Notes under the pieces: generated by a model
Told to the model about the DNA's origin: nothing
What the model saw: only the letters and a program-made list of their open reading frames with translations
Databases searched by the model: none
Origin: Octopus vulgaris
Lineage: Eukaryota
Reading direction: 5' to 3'
Assembly (NCBI GenBank): GCA_951406725.2
Contig: OX597818.1
Location: 26,474,001-26,538,000 of the forward strand
Length of the DNA stretch: 64,000 nt
Part shown: positions 25,345-40,329 of the stretch, in pieces
Layout of the letters: each line of letters opens with the position of its first letter
How positions within the stretch are numbered: the first letter of the stretch is position 1
Program-made: the position numbers and the translations under genes

Positions 25345-26375
25345 GCTCCAGCTTCATGACTCAGACTGTATATATATATTTTTTAATCCCAAGAAATACA
25401 ACCTGAAAAACCACTCCATAATAGTTCTTCAACACTTAAGAGTCATCTGCATTTACAAATATACTTTACCTAGTTAGATATGTAGCTGATTGGAAAACTG
25501 CTCTATCAGTATTCTCTGTGGTTATTCCATCATTATTATAAATATACTCTGTTGAGTTTTTCTATATAAAATGTTACATAACAGGATTTGAGCAACAGTG
25601 CTTCAATAAGTTTTACTTAATCATATTACTCTTGTCAGAAATAACATTCTATATCTATGTAATTATATGTCTAAAATATGTGAGACAACTTATTAGAGTA
25701 ATGTTAAATTTTAGGTATATAATTACTGAGAAAATTTACTGAATTTTTAAAGTGAAAATTGCTATGTTCACATTTTAATAAAAGTAGAATTTATTTTAAA
25801 TCATTAGTTTCATGAATTGTTTAGTATATACTATATAGGTATCTTGTAGACAGACAAAACAAGAACCAATAGCAAACTAATGTGACTGATGAAATTTGAT
25901 CAGTCTCAAGTGTCACATCCACTCTTACCTCTGAGTTAAAAGAAGTCAGTATAAGTGGAGTTTTCCGTTTACTCAACTACTTTGGCAATTTAGTCCAATA
26001 GCTAGCTAAACATTCTAAAAAAGAGCAGAAGAGTAAGTAAAACCAGGTGGGAGGTAGATTACCACTTAATATATTTCATAAGCTATATCTTGTTTATTTC
26101 TTCCTGTAGGGTGGTGCAACATAAAACTTTTTAGAAAAACAACATTTTCTCACATATTGAGTAGGAAGAATTTGATTTCAAATCAAGTATTTTCCGTTTT
26201 ACACTAACTTCTTTTTTATATAGACAGTCAATTTGGTTCAGAGATAAGAGTAATGAAACCAAAACTTGCATGTAGCAAATTCAAACTTTTAAGTTTGAAT
26301 TAGAACAATATATTTAAGTAACTGTAATAAACGACTTCTCAGAGCTGGTGTTTAGCTTCAGATTTAAAGCATTAA

Positions 26376-26569
26376 CCCTTTAACATTCAGATTATTCTGT
26401 CCAATGTAATACTTGTTTATTTTTATTGTTTTGAATTTAATCATGTATTTTCTCATAGCTTTGAGATTTTGATCATTTGATTGTTTACTTTTAGAATAAC
26501 ATTGTACTGGCTGGTTTTAACATAAGCAGAATATTTTGGCTGGATATGGCTGGTTTAAATGCTAAAGGG
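26376..26569. mobile_element. piggyBac-type MITE (family M1)
   Basis: TTAA|CCCTTTAACATT...AATGCTAAAGGG|TTAA. Related copies are at 42990 and 49359. Confidence 0.85.
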
Positions 26570-27774
26570 TTAATTAGATGACACTTGGATACTCCCTTGG
26601 ATCGGCCATTTCCAAAGTATCTGACACCTATTAATATACGTGGAATTAAGTGTACTGTTTAAATACTTAGTAAAATGTCTTCATTAGAATTGGACTTGTC
26701 GCCTTTGAACTTACAGTTCAATATCAGATCCATTCAGCCAATGGTATGATGTTTAGGTGATGAATTGAGGATATTCTCCAGTTTGTTAATATGAACCACT
26801 TGTTTTAGTTTTTACACAGAAATTACTGAATATATAAAAAATATTTCCCAACATCTAACATTGTCTATTAGGTGATGTTGGATCTCATCAGGAAAGAATA
26901 TTTTTACTGGAAATAATCTTCTGTAAATGAATTTCTATGTAAGAAGATACTGAGTACATTTCCCCATGAGTATTGTTTTAATTTATTTGGATTTTTTCCA
27001 CATCATTTTTCTTTCTGTTTTTTTTTTTCTGTCTCTCTGTTAGTTGGTTGTAAAAGGAATTCTCTTCAAATTGATTAGTAAAAAAAAAATAAAAATTGAA
27101 TTCTTCAACAATGTGGTTGCTATAGTAATAGACATCTTTTCTGTGTCTTTTAGCTCTGAAACATAAAAGAAACCAATGATTGAAAACAAGTCTGTTTAAT
27201 GATTTATTATCTTAACAAAGTTGTTAGTAATCAACAAAACCAGGAAATTCCTTACTCTTAATTGGCCCAATGCTCCTGTCAATTCTATTGTCATTTACAA
27301 AGTTGACTACTGTAATTCCCTATTCTTCATTCCATTATCTTCTAAAAAAAAATGTTGGAAAATTATAAAACTTCAAAGCAATTACCCTTGTGGTAATGGC
27401 AAGACTCCCTTTAAAAAGAGTACAGCCACCAATATTAGTCAGTCTAAATTAATTACCAATAGAAGTGCATGTGTACTCTTAAAAAATCTTGATTCACCTT
27501 TTGTAATCAATTCTAGGTAGCTGTTTTAATTATCATTGAACTTCAATTAATAAATGTCATGGTGAAAGAAGCAGACAATATTATAGTCTAAAATTTCAGA
27601 ATGGATTAAAAAGTTTTGGAGGACCTTGTATTTCAGAGAAAAACTGAAAGCTGTCTTTTCATGGTGGTTCAGTATTATTTTCTAAACTTGAATGAACATT
27701 CTCTGAATCCTTTGTGTTGCCAACCTCAAACAGAACAGACATTTTCATACATTGTTTATTATTGTTTTGGTCAC

Positions 27775-27900
27775 CATTGTTATTGTCATCATCTTTATCG
27801 ACACCACAGTCATTATTACTATTGTCACAACCCTCATTGTTATTTATCTCCTCCTCCTCATCATCATTGTCATCATCATCATCATCGTCGTCGTCATTGA
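27775..27900. repeat. Degenerate (CAT/TAT/CGT)n trinucleotide low-complexity tract
   Basis: Directly visible. It produces spurious poly-D/H/S ORFs in several frames. Confidence 0.85.
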
Positions 27901-28847
27901 TATTTTGACAAAAATATGCATTAATAATTTTCCTCAATGACTTGCACTAAAATAATTTAGATTACTGAAGTATCAAGATAGAATAAACAAGTCATATGTA
28001 TTCTCCAGTATAGTAGTAAACTTACTACATAAAATGATTTTGCTCTGTATGTGCACATCTGTTTCAATAAGTGCGAGTGTAAGTGCATTTATGTGGCCTG
28101 CATTCATCTCTGGATGTATTTCCAGTATATTTGTATCAGTCTATATGTGAGTGACAACACTTCTAGTTGTGTGAATTTAGGATGTTACTGTTGTAGTTGA
28201 GCTCCAAATCAGCCTTGATTGAACAGATCTATGATCAAAAGTATTTCATCCCATTTTTTTTTTTTAAGCATAGCACATCTATGATAGACAGTAGGCTGTA
28301 ATTTGAAGGAGATTTGGTTGCAATTTCTGGCAAGTCAAGCAACCATGTACAAGGTCCCCATGGACTTGTTTGAGATTACGTGAGGAAGTATGTGCCAATG
28401 TATGAGAATACACTCATGTGTCTGAATATGCATTTGTATTATGCATAGAACATGATACAGTGTAAGTGCTGGGTCAGTAGTTAAGATAATTGTGTGGTGA
28501 TATAAAAAGTATGAACTAAAACTATTTTACTAAATATATGATAGACCTGTTTCATTCAACCCAGTTAAAAATAGATATTACAGTTGCTTCATTGTCTTCT
28601 GAGTTCAATTATGAATGGCATCTAAATCAATCAGCAATTCTGAATTGGTAAAATAATTCAATCATTATGGATGAATATCTTTGAATTATATAATTAAGCA
28701 CAGACATATTTATATAGTTTTTGTTTTGCTTTGGTGTGGACGCATAACATTTTCAGTACAATAAACATGATTTTTTTAGAGCACTTAAGCTATATATATA
28801 TATGTATAAAACCTTTTTCTCTCTATATATGTATGTGTGTATGTATG

Positions 28848-28892
<45 letters not shown>

Positions 28893-29754
28893 CTATTACA
28901 CTTTATAGAGTATAGATGAGCACACTAGTCATGGTTTGTACTCTAAAAAGCTAAAGACCCTTCATAATTCAATGCTGTTTCCTTTCGTTCAAGGCAGTGA
29001 GACCATGAAGATGAATAAAAACCAGGACAATGCCGGAAGGGCCAGACAGAATGGGTGAGAGGAGCAAATGTATGATGGTGTGGTGTGGTGGGGGAACCAG
29101 TGATTGGAGTGAGGGTGCTGTAGAAGAGGTCAGTAATGGGATTGTCATAGTGCTGGTGGGTTATGGAGGAGAGACAGAAATGGTGGTGGGTAATGGAAGA
29201 AAGACACTGATGGCAGTTACATGTTTGGTGGTATGAGAAAGAGATTGAGTGATGGTTGGTAACAGATGGGTGAGAGTAAGGAGAGTCATGGATGTCAAAA
29301 ATGAGTTACTTGGGGGAGAGGGTGTGATGACTTTCAGTACAGAAAGAGTGATAGCTTGCAACTACAGAAAGTGTGACAGAAGGCAGTACAGGAAAGGTGA
29401 AGAAAAGGAAGGTAGCAAGGAAGATTGAAGAAATACAGGTTTAATGCCATCTTTCATTACTTAGACGACATAATGCAGTGATTAGGAGAGGGAGTGTCAG
29501 AGAGATGTTAGGGTTGGCCCAATCCATTTCTAGTTACACAGACAGCAAGTGCAATGGTTAGAAGACAAATGCTACCTCTTGTTATACGTGCATGTGTGCT
29601 AGATAGATGAGAGACTATCAAATAGGCAGTGGGAGCAGCAAATAGAGACTAAGCAGATATATATTAGGCTAGACACCCAAATGTAGATATAAATTAATAA
29701 AATGTGTGTTTGTGTGTGTATGTGTGTGTGTATGTGTGTATACATATATACATA

Positions 29755-29826
<72 letters not shown>

Positions 29827-29959
29827 ATATAAGAATTTTATAAACTTTCAAGAGAACATGAAATAATACTTTTTTGGCAGATGTAACAGTTATTTCCACT
29901 CTTGTTCAATGTGCTAACCCTTCTTCCAGCTCACCACTATAATAATAATAATAATAATA

Positions 29960-30380
29960 ATTTCTGATTAAGGCACAAGGTCAACAATTTTAAGGGAAAA
30001 AGTTTAATCGATACCAACAATCCCAGTACTTGACTGGTACTTTATTTTATTGACTCTGAAGGATAAAAGGTAAAGTTGGCTTTGGTAGGATTTGAACTTT
30101 GAATGTAAAGAGCCAGAAGAAATGCCATAAAGCATTTTTCTGATGCCCTTCTACTGCTCTCACACTGATTCTAATAACTCTTTCTATTATAGGCATTAAG
30201 CCTGAAATTGTGGCTAGTCAATTACATTTATCCCTGTGCTCAACTGGTACATATTTATTGACTCCAAAAAGGAGGAAAGGCAAAGTTGACCTCAGTGGGA
30301 TTTGAACCCAGAATGTAAAAAGCAAGAAGAAATGCCTTGAAGTATTTTTTTTTTTGATGCTTTAACGATTCTGACAGTTT
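29960..30380 (-). mobile_element. Two tandem family B (Nin) SINEs
   Basis: Two consecutive reverse-complement copies at ~29960-30150 and ~30180-30380. Confidence 0.75.
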
Positions 30381-31690
30381 ACTATCATCATAATAATGAT
30401 AATGAAAATGCTGCTGCTGCTGATGATGGTGGTTGTGGTGATGGTGATGATGATGATTTTATTATGACAGTGGAGTTTTGTTCTTCTTGAGTGTAATAAT
30501 GTTGTTATTAGTTAAGAGGTAATAACTTTGAGTATGGTGATTTTCAGTGTGGTAGTTAAATACAGGGTATATAAAGTCATCGTTATCAACCAAAAGTTCT
30601 CTTTATAAGTTTAATTTAAAAGCAGAAACTAAATTTATTAGCCCAATAAATCAATAGAAAATTCAAAATTGATTTGCCACCAAATTTTTTTAATGCATAT
30701 GTATGCATTATGTGTGCATATGTTTGTTCATTTTAAGCAATACTTTATGTACTGTTTCAAGTACAGAGTTAATGGCAGCACTCAACATTTCCTTTATAGC
30801 AGAGTTTATACAGGGCCACTTGCTTAATTGGTAACATAGTAGTGTGTTCTAAGATATATGGATTGTCTATGTGTATACATACTCATATATACATATGTTT
30901 TCACTAATACAATTAATAGATATATGCACCCACATATTCCTGTGCTTGTACACACACACACAAACACACTTATACACATAGAGGCAGGCTTCCCCATTTG
31001 TCTCTGTCTAATAAATTCCACTTACAAGACATAGCAGTAGGCACGTATACAAGGGTGCCTACTGCTATGTCAACAGGATCAAACCAGGAACCATATAGTT
31101 ATAAAGAGAACTCCTTAACTACGCAGCCATTCCTATGGCATTGCTGTATGTATATCTGTTAATATTTTGGCAATTTTTCTTTCACGAGATATATCTTTAC
31201 TTTCTTTGTTCAGCATAAGCAATCATAGCAAAGTACTACAAAGCTACTTTATCAATTACCATTCACTGCATTTTATGGTTATGACAATAATATAATACTA
31301 TCAGATAACCAGTCATTTTTATCTAATCTCTTTATCTACATCCTTGTTTTAGAATTTTTATGATTCTTTAATCTAGAATATTTACAATATTTAATATTTT
31401 GCATGTATAATGTGTTGTAGTTTTAAAAAAATGTTGGATCAGTTGTAGTAAGCAAAGCAATTATATTCATGACACTTGACTTGGATTTGTTCTAAATACC
31501 TGCCCAAATATACAACCAAATGTTGTCTTTGTTATAAATTTGAGCTTTAGTGATCTGAAATTGCTCCTAAAAGTATTCTTTATATAAATTTTTTATTTCA
31601 GAAGAAATTATGTGAACTTTATTTAATCACTTGTAACTTACAAAGAAATAAAACAAATAAAATTAAGGAAGAATAATAAATAGATAGATG

Positions 31691-32015
31691 AAGCACCATC
31701 CGATCGTGGCCGTTGCCAGCCTCGCCTGGCCTCCGTGCTGGTGGCACGTAAAAAGCACCATCTGATCGTGGCTGTTTGCCAGCCTCGTCTGGCACCTGTG
31801 CCGGTGGCACATAAAAGGCACCCACTACACTCATGGAGTGGTTGGCGTTAGGAAGGGCATCCAGAAACATTGCCAGATCAGCCGTAGAAACATTGCCAGA
31901 TCAGACTGGGCCTGGTGCAGCCTTCTGGCTTCCCAGACCCCAGTTGAACCGTCCAAACCATGCTGGCATGGAAAGCGGATGCTAAACAATGATGATGATG
32001 ATGATGATGATGATG
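31691..32015 (+). mobile_element. Family D repeat
   Basis: Family body, internal repeats and long (GAT)n tail. Closely similar to 48560-48790. Confidence 0.88.
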
Positions 32016-34032
32016 AAAATAAGGAATGTTACTATTGTATGTTGCTATTATTATTAGTCTTATATAGTTGTAGTTACAGAAATTATGAAAATCTTCATTT
32101 ATTCATATTTATGACAATCTAATTTTTGGTACTAAAACTTACCAAGTTAGTTGACCTGCGCAAGAAAGTTATGTTTTGCTGAAGAGATCTAACAAAACCA
32201 AGACATTTCTGGAATTGTTTCCCTCCAGTACCTGCTGGAATGACTAAAAGACTATTAGTCATTGAGCTAATAATGTCTTTTCCTCATCGCTTAATTATTA
32301 TTATTTAGCTTTTTGATGCCCTTTGCATTAAATATGTTAGTATGAGTTTAATCATAATTTTTCATACCAATGGTGTCTGAATAATCTTTCTTGATGATTG
32401 TTGCCTTTGTAAGCTTCATGTACTTTACTTGTTAATAAGGTGCTCTCTTGCATTGCGTCACATATTCTCTTTGATCTTGTCTGATCTGCTAGAAGTTAAT
32501 TTGAAAAGTGAAAGATCTGTTTTGATCTGTGCTCCTTGCCACTGTTGCAGGTAGTTATTTAAAAATGCATTGCGATCATTGTAATCTCTACTTGTCAGCT
32601 GATGAAGGTTATGTATCACAGTACAAACTGTATCTTGTTTAACTATAACATATGAAATATCATAACTCAGCAGATGAAATATTGATCTTACTCATGGGTT
32701 TTCAGTTGTAGTTGTTTAGACTTAGATCACCCTTGACTGAGCTGACTTATGATCAAAGGCATTCCAATAGTGATGTTCCTATATTTTTCAAAGATATGAA
32801 TGAAAGTTGAAGTAAATTCAAGATTTCATTTCTACCAGGATCATTGTTTCATTTTACATCAAATGTTGGCATTTTGTTGTCCTCAAAACAGGAGAATTAA
32901 TCCAGTATGTCTGTGTTCTCTTAAGTGATGGGAGTAAATATCTAATCATACATAACAACATTATAACAACAAAAAGCTGGCATGTGATCTAGAAGAGTAT
33001 TCCTCTTTCACCTGTTTAATATCAGAGTTTCCAGAATTAAGCCCTGACTTTGCAAGCTTCTTGAAACATAATTTTATTAATTTACTCCATACTATATTGA
33101 ACACAAACATATGACACACACATGCACGCCACACATACACACATGCACTCTCTTTCTGTCTATTACTATCTCCCTCACTCTCTTTCTATTTGTTTCTTTT
33201 TTCTTTCATGTCATACTAGTCTGTCTCATCACTTTATCTTGAAATGCATCATGAATTTTTACAATTTTTATTTTCATTTTATATTGGGGTATTTTTTGCT
33301 GTGATTTAATTTAGCCAACAGATACAAGAATCTCGATAGGGTTCATATCAATGTGTTTTTAGGATGAAACAAACACATACATGCACACACACACATGCAC
33401 ACACACATGCACATGCGCACGCACACACACACACACATACACACACACAAACACACTGATTTTAAAGCTGCACAATGAAAGCTATTTCTATCGAGATACT
33501 CTAAATAGACCAATGTAGTTAGCAAGGTAGAAGAATCTTTCTCAGTCCAGCCTTGAAATCAAATTTAATTTGCTTGGTGTGTTTGCAGTGCAGTAATAGA
33601 ATGTAACTGCAAATCCTCAACATGTTCATGTTGTCAGATCAATAACTCATGCTTTGGATATAATATTTCCATATCACGACAATCTCTATTTTCCTAGTAG
33701 GATACCAATTATTGCATCATATAGAATGTGCTGAGATCCTAGCCAGCCAACTTTACCATTTGGTATTAGTTTCAGGTTGAAACTATTTGATTTCTTTTAC
33801 AGAAGCTAATTTACTTGGATAGGGGATGTATTGCATAACATTTATTTCTACTTCCCTACTAATTTGTCACCTGTCAATGCAAGGAATTATTTTTGAGCAC
33901 AAATCCTACTGAGGTTGATGATACCTTTCAGCCTTGGTGTATGTATGTGTGTGTGTGTGTGTGGGGGGGGTGTCGTTAAAATAAGTACCATCAGCTACTA
34001 TGGTCAATACATTGTCTTTTCCCATCCCCCAA

Positions 34033-34250
34033 ATTTGGCAGAATTGTTAGAGCATCAGAAAAGTTGCTTTGCAGTATTTGCTCTGGCTCTTTACATTCTG
34101 AGTTCAAGTCTCATTGAGATCAGTTTTTGCCTTTCATCTCTTGGGGGTTGATAAAATAAAGTATCAGTCAAGTACTGAAGTCCATGTAATTGACTAAACC
34201 TAACCTATCCCTTGAATTTGCTGACCTTATACCTAAATAAGAAATTATTG
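34033..34250 (+). mobile_element. Family B (Nin) SINE
   Basis: GGCAGAATTGTTAG...CTGAGTTCAA...GCCTTTCATC...GGGGTTGATAAAATAAAGTA. Confidence 0.7.
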
Positions 34251-34877
34251 TTATTGTTATTAATGTTATAATTCTGTGCTGGTGGATTACAGAATTAATG
34301 GTGCATTGGATGAAATGCTTGTGCTTTAGTTTCTTCTGTTATGTATCTTGGATTCAAATCCTACTGGATATGACTTTGTTTTCAACATTCTGGAGTTCAT
34401 GAAATATGTACCAGTTAAATTCTTTAGTCAATTAGATTGAGTAGATTCCTCACAAAAAAAGTGTGTGTGACATTTTGTCTGTATAAGTAATCATTATTGT
34501 TTTATTCATTTTAATTCTTTATATTTATCTTTTTCCTGTGTGCATTGTTTAATTATCTATGTAGTAATAAGTATCAAGAATTAAAATATTACAATTATTT
34601 TTTTTATTGGTTTCAGTCATTAGGGCACTGTCTTTTAGAGTCTATAGCAATAACATTGATCACTCCTGCCTCCAGTACTTATATGATTAACTGATACAAT
34701 CAATTGTATTGAAAGGAGGAAAGATAAAGTGATCCAGAGCATAAATGGAAATAGCTAAATGCCACAAGGTATTTTGTCTATTGCTCTGTCTAGTTTGTCT
34801 TTACTGGGATATCATCAAAGGAAAACAAAAGTATGCAGTTACTGTTGCATGGTTGTTGTTAATTATCACTTGGATGG

Positions 34878-35345
34878 TGAAGGCAGCACAATGGCAGAAT
34901 CATTAGCACATTGAACACAGTGCTTTGCAGCATTTCTTTTGTTTTGGCTCTTTACATTCTGAGTTCAAATTCTATCATGTCTGACATTGTCTTTCATCCT
35001 TTTGGGCTCAATAAAATAATACCAGTTGAGCACTGGGATTGATGTAATTGACTTACCCCTTCCTTCCCAATTTGCTGGCCTTGTGCTCAAATTTGAAACC
35101 ATTATCACTAGGGTGATGAAGGTGGCAGAATTGTTAGTGTTGGACAAAATGCCTTGCAGTATTTGCCTCAGCTCTTTACTTCTTGGATCAAATTTACAGT
35201 TCATCCTTTCGAAGTCAGTAAAATATTTGGAGATAAAATTTACCGTTTATCCATTCAGGATTGATAAAATAAAATAGCACTCAAGTATTAGGGTCAATGA
35301 CTAAGCTCTTCTTTAGAATTGCCATCCTTATACCTAAATCAGAAA
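34878..35345 (+). mobile_element. Two tandem family B SINEs
   Basis: Copies at ~34878-35100 and ~35119-35345. Confidence 0.75.
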
Positions 35346-37784
35346 TCATGTTTATTAGAATGGTGGTGATGGTAGGGGCTTACAAACAGAGTTCCATTTT
35401 AAATGCTTTTCAATATTTAATTGCATTCTTTTATGTGCTGAGTTCAAATCTCACCAATGTTAACCTTCTATCCTTCTAGCATTAATTAAACAAGTGCTAT
35501 TTTGAATCTTAAAAATGCTTTTTTATCTTGAAGTTATTTAAAATGATGATTTCTTTTTAAATATATTTTTATTTGAATTTTTTTCTTTCATATATTTTTC
35601 TTTTATGAATGAAACACTGATTTTTGCTTTCTCTTAATTAGTCTTTTCCTTCTGTTCAATTATAATATTCATAAATACACATTTAAGAGAAATTTTAAAA
35701 GAGCTACGGTATGTGTTTTTCTTGATATGGTACTAATGAAATTGCATTTTAATAAACATAATTAAAGCAAATACCTGAAAGAACTGAACCAAAAATATTA
35801 CAAATTAGAGAACATTAAAATTTTATGGTAAAATTTCTAAAGTATTTTTTCTAAATATAGTTAGATCAGAACAAATACTATTGATCTCTGAGCTATTTAT
35901 ATACAACTTGCCTGACATACATGGATAATTTTTTTCTTCTTCAAACATTTTCTCATTAAAAAAACTCTGCTATCGCTATTATGGAGAACGCTTATCACAA
36001 TAAAAATTTCATGGAAGATTCTCTCTTTGAAAACTTCTAAAATGAAAATTCAGTAGATGTGGGTGCCAAGTCTAGTTTTGAACTTTCAGCTAATTAAAAT
36101 CTCCTTAGTGAATTGGAAGTTGGATCAACTTTATCTTTGCTAATTTAAAAGAAGTTTTCTTTTTGCTGTTTTCTGTATAAGTTTAGTTAGGACAACTAGA
36201 TTGCTATTAAAATTGATAGTACATGTTTCAATTATTTTGAAAATAACAAGAATATGGAAGGATTTAGTAAAATCATTTACTTTTTCATTATTAAGCACTA
36301 ATGTTTATAACATAACTTAGTATAAGTTTCTCACATAAAAATTATGATGGAAGTTTCTACTAATTTAAGTATAAATACTTTAAAACAAGAGGTTTCTTTT
36401 CATAAAGTCTTATGCAGGTTGATATCAAAAGAGTTAATTGAAGCAGTTGTTTTTAGAACTGGGTTCTTTCCTGCTATTAATTACTCATTTGAAGGGCAGG
36501 AATGAAAGTTGTCAGTGAGGCAGATTGTGGAGTGATGGTTTGGCCATGGTTTGATGATTAGGTCTAATGAGATCAAAACATGACTGGGATTGTCACCATA
36601 CTACTAGAGATAAAACTGATTCACCACTGAATTCTATTTTTAGTTAATTTAATTCCAAAGTTGTCTTTACTATCTTTCTTGACCAGATTTAATCATTACG
36701 ATAACATATTTTTTCTCCTTATTATGGGTGTGATTCTTATCAAACTAAAATTTATTGGCTCATTATGTTAAGCAACTGAAACAAGCAGAAATGTATTATT
36801 TGTCAGTGGAGGTAATGATTGCTTGACTTGCTTGAAATAGCTGTCTAAGTTTCAGACCACACCTTGCCATCTTGAAGTAAGTGAAAAACACATTGGACAA
36901 TACAGTTCTAGATATACCAGATGATGATCACAACTAGAATGCTTTTTGATCATAAGTCTACTCCGGCAGGGATAACAGAGGGTTAAACAACAGTACACAA
37001 AAGCTATGGATTTATGACTGTGTGACCAGAAGTCCAGTACGGTTAACATATTAATACATAAATTTCTTACATTGGTAGAATAACGTAGGAGAGGATTATA
37101 GCCAATTAAATTGTCACTTGCACACAGTTGGAATTTATTTTACTAATCCTGAATAAAGGACAAAGTCCACTCCATTACAACTTGAACCTTGTGACTAAAT
37201 ACAACAAAGCACCCAGCCCATTAGACTGCAAAGCATTGAGTCAAATCATTTATGTCAGATCATCATAGTTGTGCCTTATGTTTTATTTTGATACATATAT
37301 ATGTATTTTATTTTGATAAATATATGGTAAAAATTAGTCCAAATTATAATTTCTACAACTGAATAACAGTCAAATGGATTTTTTTAATATTCATCACTTT
37401 GAAACGTTTATGAACAACAATACTTTGAGAAACTGACAAATTAGCTGATCGATAATTAAATAGAACAAAAATTTATAACTATTGGGGATTTCATCTCAAT
37501 TCTATTTCAGTGGAATTTTTATGAAACAGCAGATAAAAAGCATTTTTTTATAACATTAGTGTAGATTAAAAAAGTATCTTTACTTTTAGAAATATGTAAA
37601 TACCATCCAAATTTCATTTTTTTTCTCTTTTTTTTTTGTATGTATGTGAATTAACAAAAATTTGGAGAATTTACTTGATGGTCACCAACTTCATTATTAC
37701 CACCACCACCACCACCACCACCATCACCATTATCATCATAATTTTAAAGTTCATTTTAGTATGTTGACATGTATTTTATCATTT

Positions 37785-37966
37785 TATCTTTTACTTGTTT
37801 CAGTCACTGGACTGCAAACATGCTGGGGCACTAGCTTGAAGAGTTTAGTTGAACAAATCAAACCCAGAATTCATCTTTAAACTTAGTACTTGTTCTATTG
37901 GGGACTTAAAAAAAAAAACCAATACTGGTTGTCAAGTAGTGATGGGGAACAAACACAAGTACAAAG

Positions 37967-38018
<52 letters not shown>

Positions 38019-38165
38019 CAGGCTTTCTGTTTTCATCTACCAAATTCAATTGCAAGGCTTTTGATGGCTTAGCCTATAGTAGAAGACACTTGCCCAAGGT
38101 GCCATGCAGTGGAACTGAACCTGAAATCATGTTGTTGGAAAGTATGTTTCTTACTATATAGCCAT
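37785..38165 (-). mobile_element. Family A SINE, diverged
   Basis: CTTTTACTTGTTTCAGTCA...GAAGACACTTGCCCAAGGTGCCATGCAGTGG. Confidence 0.8.
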
Positions 38166-39926
38166 AAAACATGTCTTCAATTATCATCGTCCTTTTCAAT
38201 ATCTTTTGCAAACTAGTGGATGCCATCCTTCTCTCTGCAATACTAATGATCTGATATCACTATTGCACATTAAGATACTGGGAAAAATTTATGAAATATA
38301 GTCACAAACCAATGAGAGTTAAGTTTCTCATTCAGTGAGCTAATGCAGTACTAGTAACATGATGAACCATGTCCCTTAAACATTTTTGATATCTTTGTCA
38401 GTGTGGTCAACTAAGACTGCTCTTAGGTATTTAAACTTAGCAACATAGAACATTTGCTGAGCTTTGAGCTCTGCTTGCTATCATCTTACATCTGAAACCC
38501 AGAGAAGCTGAATAAATTTTTGTGACAATACTGCTATTTCTGCATAAGATTTTAATTTGGTATGGCAGAATAATGGGAAGCAATAATAAAGTCAATAAAA
38601 ACAAGAGAGTAAGTGAAGTTGGACAATGTAAATAACCAGTTCAATGTAAAGAAGCCATTGGACATTTTTCTATGTCAATCTGAAATACAAACTATTTTTT
38701 TATTGATTGCATTTATTTGTTGATCATTTGAATTCAAATCTCAATTCAACCTTTTAAGCATTTTTTCAATACAATTTTTTTTCTATGTATTATTGTATCA
38801 GGTATCTAAAGCCGAATGCTCATCATACATTTGTATCAGGATACCTTGTTTAGCACATTTTCTGACCATATCTGTGCAGATATTACTCTGATGATGAAGT
38901 GCTTGGTGCAGTTGTCTTTAAGTTGCATCCTTACTATAAGTATGGACTTTAAACAGCAATCTTGCATCAAAAATCCCAAGAATATCTTCCTTTAACAAGG
39001 AAGATTGGGAAGTATTTTTGTGCCTAGTGGCTGTAGCAAAAACAAAAGCTTTTTGGATAAGGAGAGTTTTGAGGTCAGGTCATTCTCTTTTCAATGAACT
39101 TTTCAGTCTTCTTCCAATATCATTTGGAAAGGAAACAATAGTGGAGAGATAAAGCCTGATAGTCAATAAATTTTATGAAAGATAGATATGAGTAGTGAGT
39201 TTATGCAAATGAATATGTCTCTTCTCAAATTTTGTTGTAGAGTAACAGCAATTGCCCTCAACACTTGATTTTATATTGAAGGCGACTGGGGTTTATGTAT
39301 GGTACCTTTTTTTATCCTACATGTCATATCCTCTTTAGAAAATTCTAATATTGATATTGTAAGTATGCAAATGTAATTTTCATTATTACCAATTTATGTA
39401 ACATTTCTAGTTACTGTTTTGTCTTTTTAATGTTTCTTCAGCTTTATGGCTTATATACAAAACAAAAGCAAAAAAAGAAAAAGATTACTATTATTGCTGT
39501 TGCTAAAGCAGTGAGTTGATAGGATACGTCGAGCACCAGACTAAATGTGTTACATACAGTATTTATTTTAGTCATTTTATGTACTGAATTTAAATCAAGA
39601 TTTTTAACTCAATAGTATTGTAACACTAATATTTTTGATAGTCAATTGACTATACTACTCTCCTACAAAATTTGGGCTTGTATCTATGCAAAAAAAACAC
39701 AAAACAAAACAAAGCAAAACAAACAACATAAAACAGACTCATTATTGTTGCTGCTGTCATATTTTTATCAACTATATTGCTGTCTTTGTTCAAGTGACAC
39801 TCCAAAATTCTCAGATGGTTGCTATTCAAATGTATCCTTTTGTTCTTTCTATATAACCAGTACTTAACACAAGTTGTGTAAGATCTGGCGGTAGTTAAGC
39901 AATGCTTTCTTGTTTGTGTGCATGTA

Positions 39927-39972
<46 letters not shown>

Positions 39973-40147
39973 TGTCTGTCTGTCTGTCTGTCTGTGTATT
40001 TAATTTTTTTTGTTTTTTACTTTTATTCGAGTTCAAATCCTGTTGAGGTTAACTCTGCTTTACATTGTTTAGAGTTGATAAAAATAAAGTACCAGTCTCG
40101 TTCTGAAGTTGAGATGGGCTAAACTATTATTATTATTAATATCATTA

Positions 40148-40325
40148 AAGGCTGGCAGAATTGTTAGCATGCTGGATGAAATTATTAGCGGCATTTTGCC
40201 CGTCACTCCATTCTGAGTTCAAATTCCGCTGAGGTTGATTTTGTCTTTCATCCTTTTGGGATCAATAAATTAAGTACCAGTGCAACACCAGGGTTGATGT
40301 AATCGACTCATCCCCTCCCTCAAAA
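40148..40325 (+). mobile_element. Family B SINE
   Basis: Well-preserved head and Nin-like domain. Confidence 0.85.
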
Positions 40326-40329
40326 TATA

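Noticed and set aside
27616-27940. Poly-Asp/His/Ser ORFs
   Set aside because: They are products of a trinucleotide low-complexity tract that is open in several frames.
28980-29660. Purine-rich segment, possibly another retroelement remnant
   Set aside because: No diagnostic motif could be read with confidence.
32380-32640. Possible microRNA or exon in unique sequence
   Set aside because: No conserved miRNA mature sequence recognised, no clean hairpin, and only a weak donor (GTAGTT).
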